From an uncultured virus (IMG/VR IMGVR_UViG_3300031840_000567) (taxonomy: Duplodnaviria > Heunggongvirae > Uroviricota > Caudoviricetes), in the IMG/VR virus record IMGVR_UViG_3300031840_000567: a stretch of DNA of 64,000 nucleotides; one strand, written 5' to 3'. Every line of letters starts with the position of its first letter. Within the stretch, counting starts at the first letter, position 1. Shown here one piece after another: positions 29,192 through 37,506 of the stretch. The notes under the pieces are model-generated. The model saw nothing but the letters and a program-made list of their open reading frames with translations, made no database searches and was not told the origin of the DNA. The translations under genes and the position numbers were made by a program.

Positions 29192-29213
29192 AGTATGCTT
29201 TTTACCTCTTGGT

Positions 29214-29248
29214 ATTATACCATAAAAATGGGGGGTGATCAACCCCCC
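29214..29248 (-). promoter_or_regulatory. Overlapping hsp20 terminator and sigma70-type promoter (TTGATC-17-TATAAT)
   Basis: G6/C6 stem (29230-29248) whose loop holds the -35; -10 at 29214-29219. Confidence 0.7.
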
Positions 29249-29253
29249 GATAT

Positions 29254-29688
29254 TTAGAACCAATCCTTGCGTTGATGGTGCTCTGGAACTATCCTAGCCA
29301 AACATATTGAAAGGAGTCCATCCTCAAATTCTACACTCTTCACTTCTACATCCTCAGAGAGCGTCCATACCCTCGTAAAGGACCTCTGTGCTAGTCCCTT
29401 ATGCTGATAGGTAGTCTCGGTCTCCTTGTCCTCTTTCTGACCCTCTACAAAGAGTTTGCCATCCTGTGTATAGACAAACAACTCTGCCTTTTTAAACCCT
29501 GCCAGGGCGATCTCTAGCCTGGACTCTACAGAATTTATGGATACTAGGTTGTAGGGAGGATAGTTAGTAGTGGTCTCATGTAGTGAGTATAAACGATCAA
29601 AGTATTCGTTCATACCAATGCTGTTGCGATGAACACGATCCAAAAATTGGTCAATGTTAGACGCACCATACTTAGTAAGGTCGGTCAT
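29254..29688 (-). CDS. hsp20: Small heat shock protein (Hsp20/IbpA family)
   Basis: NYPPYNL, LEIALAGF, HKGLAQRSF, FEDGLL; AAGGAG SD. Confidence 0.95.
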   Translation of the reverse strand: MTDLTKYGASNIDQFLDRVHRNSIGMNEYFDRLYSLHETTTNYPPYNLVSINSVESRLEIALAGFKKAELFVYTQDGKLFVEGQKEDKETETTYQHKGLAQRSFTRVWTLSEDVEVKSVEFEDGLLSICLARIVPEHHQRKDWF

Positions 29689-29826
29689 TTTTAGCTCCTT
29701 TAAAAGCGAGTTTATGTTGTGTGGACCCCGAAGGCATCCGTTTGTGGATCACGCATTAACAACAAAGTTCTTTGTAGTTAATAGAATGAAAAATATGATC
29801 CACAAGTATATATTAGCACAAGGCAT

Positions 29827-29850
29827 AAAAAAGGGGGTGTTGCCACCCCT
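29827..29850 (-). terminator. Intrinsic terminator after the ParB-like gene
   Basis: GGGGTG-GCAA-CACCCC followed by a T-run. Confidence 0.8.
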
Positions 29851-29867
29851 ACATTTTTATTCGGTTA

Positions 29868-30902
29868 TCAGTAGTCCGAGATATCTACCAATTCAAAAGA
29901 ATTAATGTTGTGATTGTCATGGATCTGAGGAATCGCTCCAGCAATGTGGAATGGTGCGGGATCAGCTACTTTGATCTCTACAGCAGACTGTGCTCTATTT
30001 ACCATAGCAAATGAAGATGTATAGTAATACTGGAGGTTTACTGCAAATTCAGAAATATACCTCCTCGCTTTACTACCAGTCTTAGCGTTGGTATAAAGGA
30101 TAATAGTTGCTATTGCCTTGTTCTTAGAAAAGTGTGGAAGCAAGTGCTGACACCATGCCCTCATAGCATAGGTTGGATTGTCAACAGATAAAAGAATATA
30201 AGATCCCTTTACATAACCAGCTTTTGACAACCAAGTTTGCCACTCGTCACGACTCCTAACAACAGTGATTCCACCAGATGTACCTTCTTCCAAGACATCA
30301 TCAAGGATTTTGTTAACGATCTTGGTTATAGCACCTCCACGAGGAGAGAAGAAGCTCTCAGCTTGCAGTTCATTGTAAACGAGGTCTTCTACTGCAGATC
30401 TCTCTGGCAAGCATTCCCCAGCATTAACACAAGCAATCCCTGCCATAACAAAATCGGCCTGGCATACACCAGTGGATGCAGGACGCTGCTGACAGGCAAG
30501 AGAATTGGAAATGTAGTTAGTGATTGGACTACCGTTGTCATCGTATGAGAAGATAGCAACAATAATCCACTTCTCTCCAGCACGCTTTGCTGCAAGGATA
30601 CGAGTCCTACCGTCTCTAGGACGATTGTCAGTACCAATACAAGGGGGGAAATCGCTATAAAGCCATCCATAGTTAAGGTATGAAACTTGCATTGCTTCAA
30701 TCCGAGAGGAATTGTTCTGATCATCCCGGACAGCAAGGTTCCAATAATACTCATCCTCTTCATCGACGGTATCGAGATCAAGGAAAGAAAACTTGATGAA
30801 TGTTGCGTTTTTTTGCTTAGGCTTGGGTAGGTTCTTTAACTGTGGATTTTCGAGATCCAGGGTGTTGCCAAAACCTTTTCTGGTGTTTTCTGCGTTAGTC
30901 AT
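29868..30902 (-). CDS. Protein with N-terminal ParB/Srx-like domain and unknown C-terminus
   Basis: R...IEAMQVSYLNYGW....PPC......RDGRTRILAAKRAGEKWI resembles the ParB/Srx DGxxR core. Confidence 0.6.
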   Translation of the reverse strand: MTNAENTRKGFGNTLDLENPQLKNLPKPKQKNATFIKFSFLDLDTVDEEDEYYWNLAVRDDQNNSSRIEAMQVSYLNYGWLYSDFPPCIGTDNRPRDGRTRILAAKRAGEKWIIVAIFSYDDNGSPITNYISNSLACQQRPASTGVCQADFVMAGIACVNAGECLPERSAVEDLVYNELQAESFFSPRGGAITKIVNKILDDVLEEGTSGGITVVRSRDEWQTWLSKAGYVKGSYILLSVDNPTYAMRAWCQHLLPHFSKNKAIATIILYTNAKTGSKARRYISEFAVNLQYYYTSSFAMVNRAQSAVEIKVADPAPFHIAGAIPQIHDNHNINSFELVDISDY

Positions 30903-30904
30903 TA

Positions 30905-31054
30905 ATTCTTTAGATAAAAATCTACGGTTGTACCGTTAGGTGTCTCAGTAGCAAAAACTGTTGAGACATTATATTTAGTAGGTTCCTATCGCCGCTACTC
31001 CTGAACCTACTAAGGGGAGCACCGCAGCCAAGGTGGTTTCCCTCCTTGACCTCC
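30905..31054 (-). ncRNA. Candidate structured leader/ncRNA upstream of the ParB-like gene
   Basis: GAAA-capped hairpin; 11-bp stem TTAGTAGGTTC/GAACCTACTAA with a 17-nt loop able to pair upstream; then three more hairpins before the ATG. Confidence 0.55.
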
Positions 31055-31056
31055 AT

Positions 31057-31091
31057 ATTATACACCATTAAAAAGGGGGCGTCAAGCCCCC
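31057..31091 (-). promoter_or_regulatory. Overlapping terminator (GGGGGC-TTGAC-GCCCCC-T5) and sigma70 promoter TTGACG-17-TATAAT
   Basis: -35 at 31080-31085, -10 at 31057-31062. Confidence 0.8.
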
Positions 31092-31146
31092 TATCTACTT
31101 TGGTAGCGAATCCGTCGTAGAGAGTCGCGCACGAAAGAGCGACGAT
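31070..31146 (-). ncRNA. Candidate ~75-nt late small RNA downstream of regA
   Basis: ATAAATA at 31148-31154, then ATCGTCGCTCTTTCGTGCGCGAC (GTCGC/GCGAC stem), a CTAC-CAAA-GTAG hairpin and a terminator. Confidence 0.45.
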
Positions 31147-31153
31147 TTATTTA

Positions 31154-31594
31154 TTAACCTTCTTCGCCTTCAACTTTAACCTTACGACCAATATTATACT
31201 TAGTCTCTAAGACCCAATTTCCTTTATCTTTGTAGGATAAAACTTTAATCTGATTTAAAGGAGCAATATCCTGAATCATTTCAGCCACAACTACAGAAAT
31301 TAATCCCCAATCAGCAAGGAGTTGTGTAATTCTATTGCGGCGTTGAACATCATTAACAGTAAGATTTGCTTTCTTACCATCAAGAGCAAACAATTCTTTA
31401 AAGTGAACAATGAAATATCTACCTTGCTTATGTAAGATATGACAAGACTGGTATAATTTTTTTTCTTTACGAGATGCAACACCGATTCTAGTCAGCGTTT
31501 CTCGCACTTTTAAGAAATCGTCAGGTTCCCCTAGTACAACCTCAATCATGCTCTCAGGCGACCACTCAACGGTCGGTTCAATAACGACGCTCAT
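31154..31594 (-). CDS. regA: Translational repressor RegA
   Basis: DDFLKVRETLTRIGVAS, LYQSCHILHKQG.Y.IVHFKELF. Confidence 0.96.
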   Translation of the reverse strand: MSVVIEPTVEWSPESMIEVVLGEPDDFLKVRETLTRIGVASRKEKKLYQSCHILHKQGRYFIVHFKELFALDGKKANLTVNDVQRRNRITQLLADWGLISVVVAEMIQDIAPLNQIKVLSYKDKGNWVLETKYNIGRKVKVEGEEG

Positions 31595-31616
31595 GTCACA
31601 AAACAAAAACTTTTTA

Positions 31617-32471
31617 TTATTTAGCTAAACTTCTTTTGATATCCTCTAATGCAGGCTTTAAAGTATCATACACATTCCTATATGCCATCGTATTGATAGT
31701 TCTCCTATTCCAAAACTCATCTAACTTACAGTCTTTACCTGTAAAATCTTCATAGATTCCTAGAAAGATACTAAAGATATCCCATTGACTGTGTGGAAAA
31801 TATTGTGGAGATAGGCAGACAAAGATATGATCATACTCATAATTACCATGATCATATTCTTCTGCCGTAGAAAATCCCCAGTCAGCATACTTACCAACAT
31901 TATTACAAATAAATCTATTCACAATACTTCTAGTATCATACTCATCTTTATCATCATTATGAATCCATGTCATGGCCTTCAATTTTCCTAAAGCATGTAA
32001 GTATCCTCCCCAACTACCCTCATCAACTTTCCCATAAGTTATAGCATAATGATATTCAAGGAGGTGACATGACAAGAACTGTAACCAAGTGTCATCATCA
32101 TCATTTCCTGTTTTATGAAAATTGGTGAGTTGATCTAAGTATGAACCTGCTAGGAAATCATCATGGTGATCAATATTGACAATTTCCAAATCTTCTTTAT
32201 CAAGAAGTTCTTCGAGAATATAATCATGATCCAATCCAAAAGCAACTGTTGCATTAGGATTTGCACTCAGAGCCTTAGTAAAAGTCTCAATCATATAATC
32301 TAGACACTTCTCATCTACAATCTCTTCTCTACAATTTAGATCAGGATAGTTCTTAAAATAATTTTCCCACTTTGTAAAGGCATGCCACTCGTCCCAAAGT
32401 TCACCATCCTCATTAGGCCATTTCTCAATAGCAGGAAAACAATAATCAACATCAATACTAAGAACTTTCAT
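31617..32471 (-). CDS. Putative metallohydrolase (UPF0489/arginase-deacetylase-like)
   Basis: LSIDVDY, DHDYI, VNIDHHDD, EGSW, CLSPQY motifs. Confidence 0.55.
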   Translation of the reverse strand: MKVLSIDVDYCFPAIEKWPNEDGELWDEWHAFTKWENYFKNYPDLNCREEIVDEKCLDYMIETFTKALSANPNATVAFGLDHDYILEELLDKEDLEIVNIDHHDDFLAGSYLDQLTNFHKTGNDDDDTWLQFLSCHLLEYHYAITYGKVDEGSWGGYLHALGKLKAMTWIHNDDKDEYDTRSIVNRFICNNVGKYADWGFSTAEEYDHGNYEYDHIFVCLSPQYFPHSQWDIFSIFLGIYEDFTGKDCKLDEFWNRRTINTMAYRNVYDTLKPALEDIKRSLAK

Positions 32472-32845
32472 TTGATACCACCAGTATCCAATTTTTTACG
32501 AATAAAGTTTATTTGTTCTGGAGTCAGAATCTTTAAAGCTTGTTGTGCTTTTTCGTTACTATAACCGTAATATTTTTTTACCAACTCAAGATCAACAATC
32601 TTGTCTTGCCTCAACCAAGGAGAGAATCTTTTCTTCTTCCTGATGCTATGTAGTAGGAATTGGTACTGCATATCTTTAGATAAATGAGCGTTCTTATTCA
32701 TTTCATTTGCAAACAAGACAGCATCTAAATGTCCAGAGAGACACCGGTTTACAATGTAAGCAGGATACTTTTTAATCTCATCTTGATCCTCACTCAAATC
32801 ATTCTTAGTGAGGTTGATCGAATTAAGCCAGTCTTTTAATTCCAC
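32468..32845 (-). CDS. gp62: Clamp loader small subunit
   Basis: YPAYIVNRCLSGH, KKKRFSPW, YYGYSNEKA. Confidence 0.93.
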   Translation of the reverse strand: MELKDWLNSINLTKNDLSEDQDEIKKYPAYIVNRCLSGHLDAVLFANEMNKNAHLSKDMQYQFLLHSIRKKKRFSPWLRQDKIVDLELVKKYYGYSNEKAQQALKILTPEQINFIRKKLDTGGIK

Positions 32846-34536
32846 AACAGATAGTTTCCAATAACAAGATAATCAATATCCATTTTTTTAAAAGAGGAGA
32901 TGGCATCCTCTGGAGTCTCAATGATTGGTTCTCCACTCTGATTAAACGAAGTATTCAATAATACTGGTGGTTCAAGTTTAGAAAGAAGCTGATACATTTT
33001 AGCATTCTGTTGCTCATTTACAGTTTGAATTCTACATGACTTATCCTTATGAGTAATTGCGGGAAGTTTTTTAGTGATAGAAGTTTGAGAGTACAGCATA
33101 TATGGACTTACAAAACCAGGATCAAAGTACTCACCAACTTTTTCTTCTAACATTATACCAGCAAAAGGACGCCAGGTCTCTCTCTTTTTAACCCTATCAT
33201 TCAGAATATCTTTGTTTTCCGATCTCTTGGGACTCATCAACAATGACCTAGATCCCAAAGACCTAGGACCGTATTCTGACCTGCCTTGGAACCAACCAAC
33301 GATCTTATTATCATCCAATTCTTTTGCTAGGAATTCACAGAGATCATCAAAATTATCATAATGCTTACAATTTTTTTCTTCTGGAACAAAGTCATCATAA
33401 GATTTACCTAGTAGTGCAATGTTGTGTGGCAATTCAATAGTTTCTTTAGATCTATAAACACCCCAAGCTGCTGCACCAAAATGGATTCCAGAGTCATTAG
33501 TAAACGGAGGAATATGAATGTTACGAAACAGTGGTCTCAATATAGTATTTGCACATACATTAAGGAAAGTTCCTCCAGCAAAACAAGTATCTTCTTCTAG
33601 ATAATCTTTTCTTAATTCAGAAACAAAATACTCAAGACTTTTTTCAAACCAAAACTGAACATAGTGTGCTTTATCTTCTGTAGTCCCCTTTAAATTATTA
33701 TACAACATTTCATAGTCATAGAAATGCACTTCTGGCATTCCAGATTCCCAGCGATCAATGCCAAAATGAGATGTAGGAAACAAAGTAGATATACATGTGG
33801 GAGGTCCTTGCCCTTCTAACAATTTACCGTAAGATGACAACCCCATGATCTTACCCTCTTTTGGGGTTACATCAAAGTTTTGAGCAAACTTAATGTTTTC
33901 AAATACATCAGAATTCAAGTTAGACTCTTGCCGCATCAATTCTTTATGTTTATCATCATAAATCATCTTAGACATATTACAATAGAACTCACCAAATGAG
34001 TTCATGCCTAGATCACCAGTTCCCCTAAAAAATCTAAAGATGCGTTTACTCTTATCAAAATATCCAATACTATTATTCTCACCACCACGAGGGTAACCAC
34101 TAGCAAAATCCCAAATCCCACTACCAAGGCCATCAAGAGTTAAGAAACTACCACTATTGAAAGGTGAAGAAAATACTGTAGATGCTGCATGGCAAAGATG
34201 ATGTGACAATAACCAAATCTCAGCATTAGGAAACTGTTCCTTAATCATTCTACTTGCAGTACCATCTACAAGTTTTTTCTGAAATACATCAGGATAAGAT
34301 ATGGGGTAACAAACAACATCAATTTCTTCTTTTTTATATTCCCCAAGAACATATTCAATAGACTTATATGGAAAGTTACCTTCGTCTTTGATACGGGTTA
34401 ATCTTTCTTCATTAATACTTCTAATATGAATACCATTGATAAACAGAGTTGCTCCTGCATCATGAATATAAGTTTCACCTTGGTCAAAAACATTTGCATC
34501 CCAATCTAAGGCACCATAGATTCCAATAATTTTCAT
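32836..34536 (-). CDS. Carbamoyltransferase (NodU/CmcH/TobZ family)
   Basis: HDAGA, EERLTRIK, HHLCHA, EGKIMGLSSYG, GRSEYGPRSLGSRS, KKRETWRPFA, LLNTSFN. Confidence 0.92.
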   Translation of the reverse strand: MKIIGIYGALDWDANVFDQGETYIHDAGATLFINGIHIRSINEERLTRIKDEGNFPYKSIEYVLGEYKKEEIDVVCYPISYPDVFQKKLVDGTASRMIKEQFPNAEIWLLSHHLCHAASTVFSSPFNSGSFLTLDGLGSGIWDFASGYPRGGENNSIGYFDKSKRIFRFFRGTGDLGMNSFGEFYCNMSKMIYDDKHKELMRQESNLNSDVFENIKFAQNFDVTPKEGKIMGLSSYGKLLEGQGPPTCISTLFPTSHFGIDRWESGMPEVHFYDYEMLYNNLKGTTEDKAHYVQFWFEKSLEYFVSELRKDYLEEDTCFAGGTFLNVCANTILRPLFRNIHIPPFTNDSGIHFGAAAWGVYRSKETIELPHNIALLGKSYDDFVPEEKNCKHYDNFDDLCEFLAKELDDNKIVGWFQGRSEYGPRSLGSRSLLMSPKRSENKDILNDRVKKRETWRPFAGIMLEEKVGEYFDPGFVSPYMLYSQTSITKKLPAITHKDKSCRIQTVNEQQNAKMYQLLSKLEPPVLLNTSFNQSGEPIIETPEDAISSFKKMDIDYLVIGNYLLWN

Positions 34537-35366
34537 TATCTTAACTCATAATTCATGAGAACTAATTCTTTACGATCTTGCTGTTCCTTCATGTACTCAC
34601 CAACAGAACGCATAGTATAAGTCAAATCAAACTCTGCAGCATTCCAGTCTTTGAAACGGTGCTTAATAAGCTGACTAGAATTGTAACTGACAAGAGAGTC
34701 AAATGAATTGCAATTGCAATCCGAAGCGAACTTGTCATGGTCAAATCCTTTATGCATTGATCCTTTTTTTCCATAGAGATGATCCTTAATTTCGTATGGT
34801 GGATCTAGATACATGAATATATCTCTCTCAGAACTCTCATCCATAAGATAATCATAGGGATGATTTGTGATAGACCAGTCCTTAATTAGTTCAGAAAATA
34901 CTGGAAGTTTATCAATACCTCTGAAACTAAAATTACTATCAGAAGCTTGTTTTGAGAAAGAAGATGATTCAGTAAGACCACTGAAGGAACATTTATTTAT
35001 GATATAAAAACTAACAGCCCGATGAAAGTTATCTTTCCCATCATTGAGATAATCCTTTGATTCAAGAAACAAAGACTTTGCACTAGCATGGTCAACATGA
35101 CGATGCTTGAGTTGATTCAACTCATTACGCATCTCAATACCAGATGACTGTAGATGTTGCCAGAAGTTTACCAGAGGCTCATAAAGATCACTAACCCATA
35201 CTGTAGTGTTAGGATATCTCTTAGTCCATTCAATAGCAACAGATCCACCTCCTAAAAAAGGTTCACGAAACTCATCGTATGATTTATCTGGCAGATATGC
35301 AAACAATTTTTGCACTGCTCTAGATTTACCACCAGGGTATCTTAATGGAGTTTTATAGGCTTTCAT
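34536..35366 (-). CDS. dam: DNA adenine methyltransferase
   Basis: PLRYPGGKS, EPFLGGGSV, YLDPPY. Confidence 0.92.
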   Translation of the reverse strand: MKAYKTPLRYPGGKSRAVQKLFAYLPDKSYDEFREPFLGGGSVAIEWTKRYPNTTVWVSDLYEPLVNFWQHLQSSGIEMRNELNQLKHRHVDHASAKSLFLESKDYLNDGKDNFHRAVSFYIINKCSFSGLTESSSFSKQASDSNFSFRGIDKLPVFSELIKDWSITNHPYDYLMDESSERDIFMYLDPPYEIKDHLYGKKGSMHKGFDHDKFASDCNCNSFDSLVSYNSSQLIKHRFKDWNAAEFDLTYTMRSVGEYMKEQQDRKELVLMNYELR

Positions 35367-36307
35367 TTAAATGTACATTCCACCATAATTTCAGTTAATG
35401 CTGCGAGAAGATTAATCTCCTGATCAGCTACGAACGCAATTTGATATTGATACTTAGCAATAATGAGCACAGCAGCAGCAATGCTAGGACCGTCCAAGGA
35501 TGGAACAAGAGCGTCATACACACGACGAAGAAGTACACTAGAATCGTTGTCCAGATTAGAAACGACCCACTTCCTAACCGCCGGAAAATCTTTGTTCTTA
35601 AGTTTTTGAATAAGGTCATTTACTTTTACATCTCCAAATTCAGCAAGGATAGCTGAGTCAATTTTACCACCAACAGAGTATCTTTGACACTCATTTAATA
35701 CACGACGCCAATCGGGGAAGTGCTTGTTAATAAGTTCTAGAAGAACCTTTTGATCATAGTCAACATTTTCTGTCTCAAGTATAGTCCTGAGACGGTTGAA
35801 GAATTCTGCTGCAATTGCTGGTTTTTTGCTTCCTGTAATTCCAAACTCAATGACTGCACATCTGGAGTGGAGTGGTTCGATGAGTTTGTTTTTGTAGTTA
35901 CAGGTGAAGATGAATCTGCAATTGTTATAAAATGCCTCAATGTTTGCCCGTAAGAGGAGCTGTACATCATGGGTTGTGTTATCAGCTTCGTCAATGATGA
36001 TGACTTTGTGGTTAGCATCTGACGAAAGTGATACGGTCGAAGCAAAGTTCTTTGCTTGATTCCGCACCGTGTCAAGAAATCTTCCTTCATCTGATCCATT
36101 TATAATTATGTAGTCACAATTAAGTTGCTCGCACAGAGCACGAGCTATAGTAGTTTTACCACAACCAGCAGGGCCAGCAAGAAGAAGATTAGGAATCTCA
36201 CCCTGCTTAAGAAACTCACTGAAAGTTTTTTTAGTAGACTCAGGAAGGATACACTCATCAATAGTTTTAGGACGATATTTTTCGACCCAAAGAAATTCAT
36301 TACGCAT
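35363..36307 (-). CDS. gp44: Clamp loader large subunit
   Basis: LWVEKYRP, GPAGCGKT, IIDEAD, SRC. Confidence 0.96.
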   Translation of the reverse strand: MRNEFLWVEKYRPKTIDECILPESTKKTFSEFLKQGEIPNLLLAGPAGCGKTTIARALCEQLNCDYIIINGSDEGRFLDTVRNQAKNFASTVSLSSDANHKVIIIDEADNTTHDVQLLLRANIEAFYNNCRFIFTCNYKNKLIEPLHSRCAVIEFGITGSKKPAIAAEFFNRLRTILETENVDYDQKVLLELINKHFPDWRRVLNECQRYSVGGKIDSAILAEFGDVKVNDLIQKLKNKDFPAVRKWVVSNLDNDSSVLLRRVYDALVPSLDGPSIAAAVLIIAKYQYQIAFVADQEINLLAALTEIMVECTFK

Positions 36308-36449
36308 GTTCTTTTTTCACCAAAGTAAATGAGTTGTCATCATTAGGAATCCATTCTAACAAATCCCCCTCTTTCCATCCAAGCTCTTCAAGAAACTTTT
36401 CGGGGAATGTTAGAATTCCGTTTTCATCAACGGTCAAAGTAGTTTTCAT
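36300..36449 (-). CDS. Small AbrB/MazE-like protein (49 aa, not in the ORF track)
   Basis: Manual translation MKTTLTVDENGILTFPEKFLEELGWKEGDLLEWIPNDDNSFTLVKKEHA; TAATG overlap. Confidence 0.7.
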   Translation of the reverse strand: MKTTLTVDENGILTFPEKFLEELGWKEGDLLEWIPNDDNSFTLVKKEHA

Positions 36450-36961
36450 TACACCCACTCAGGTTTGCGGTTGGGGAGACGAATATAATTATCGCACACC
36501 CAGGGTTTAGATGCAATATACATCTTGTATGCTTCGATGGTAGTGATACTATCATCAAACTTAAACTCTTCAGGCATTGCGCGAACGAAAGGAGTGTGAC
36601 CAGCCCATTTCACACAAGGAATAATCTCATCAGCAGCAAGGAGAGTCTTAAAGCAGCTATGGTTTTTTCCATACCGATTGAAATACTCTTCACATAATGC
36701 AATACCGTGAGTAAGCAACCATCTAGAATTTTCTACAGTCTCATTAGCCCAGATAGTACATGGGTGATTACGGAACGCTCCCTTGTCCGTAGCATAGGGT
36801 GTGCCATCTTTCTTAGGCAATGTACCATAACCATGTCCCCACTTGTCTGAGGCGACTATAGCGAGCATCTGACAGGTCTCTAAGGGCATCTTGACAATGT
36901 GCTTGTCTGGTAGAACCTCAGCAGACTTGTGAGGAGATTCATCCGTAACAAAGATATTCAT
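36449..36961 (-). CDS. Pyrimidine-dimer DNA glycosylase/endonuclease V-like protein
   Basis: MNIFV...DKHIVKMPLETCQML, NHPCTIWA, EY..RYGKNH, AMP. Confidence 0.75.
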   Translation of the reverse strand: MNIFVTDESPHKSAEVLPDKHIVKMPLETCQMLAIVASDKWGHGYGTLPKKDGTPYATDKGAFRNHPCTIWANETVENSRWLLTHGIALCEEYFNRYGKNHSCFKTLLAADEIIPCVKWAGHTPFVRAMPEEFKFDDSITTIEAYKMYIASKPWVCDNYIRLPNRKPEWV

Positions 36962-37506
36962 ACCAAATTAAACGAGATAATGACCCTTTCTTCTATACTA
37001 TCATGTGGAGGAGCCATGTGCATCAGGTTAGAAGGGAAGATTATTAAATCACCTTCTTTACATGCAACGGAATTGCATGCATGAGTTCCAGTCTCATCAT
37101 TGAAAGGAGAAAAGAAAAGAGTGCCTGAGTGTTCCTCTGACATTTTAGCATAAAAAACACAAGAGTATCCTAGAGCCCCATGATCATGGGGGACATGATA
37201 ATCTCTTGCGTTATACCTCTGACACCACATATTAGAGATGCCAGTAAATTTATAAAGTGATGTCTTACAGAATTCTTGTAGGTATGGTTCTAATATTTTA
37301 AAAATATTTTCCTTATACTTAGCATCGTTCTTTTCAAAATAATCTGTAAATCCAATATGCTTTTCTGCATCATTTGAAGAAGGGATGGAAAGGAGAATGC
37401 TCTCCTTAACCTGTTCCCACTCTCTAATGAAATATTGAATTACAGAGATATTAAACAGATCAACCTTCGTAGGCTGAATCTGGTTCCAGTGCGATGAAGT
37501 AATCAA
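36958..37506 (-). CDS. Putative 2OG-Fe(II) oxygenase (HxH type)
   Basis: PHDHG..GYSCVFY, EGDLIIFPSNLMH, RVIISFN. Start uncertain (no early ATG). Confidence 0.75.
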   Translation of the reverse strand: MITSSHWNQIQPTKVDLFNISVIQYFIREWEQVKESILLSIPSSNDAEKHIGFTDYFEKNDAKYKENIFKILEPYLQEFCKTSLYKFTGISNMWCQRYNARDYHVPHDHGALGYSCVFYAKMSEEHSGTLFFSPFNDETGTHACNSVACKEGDLIIFPSNLMHMAPPHDSIEERVIISFNLV

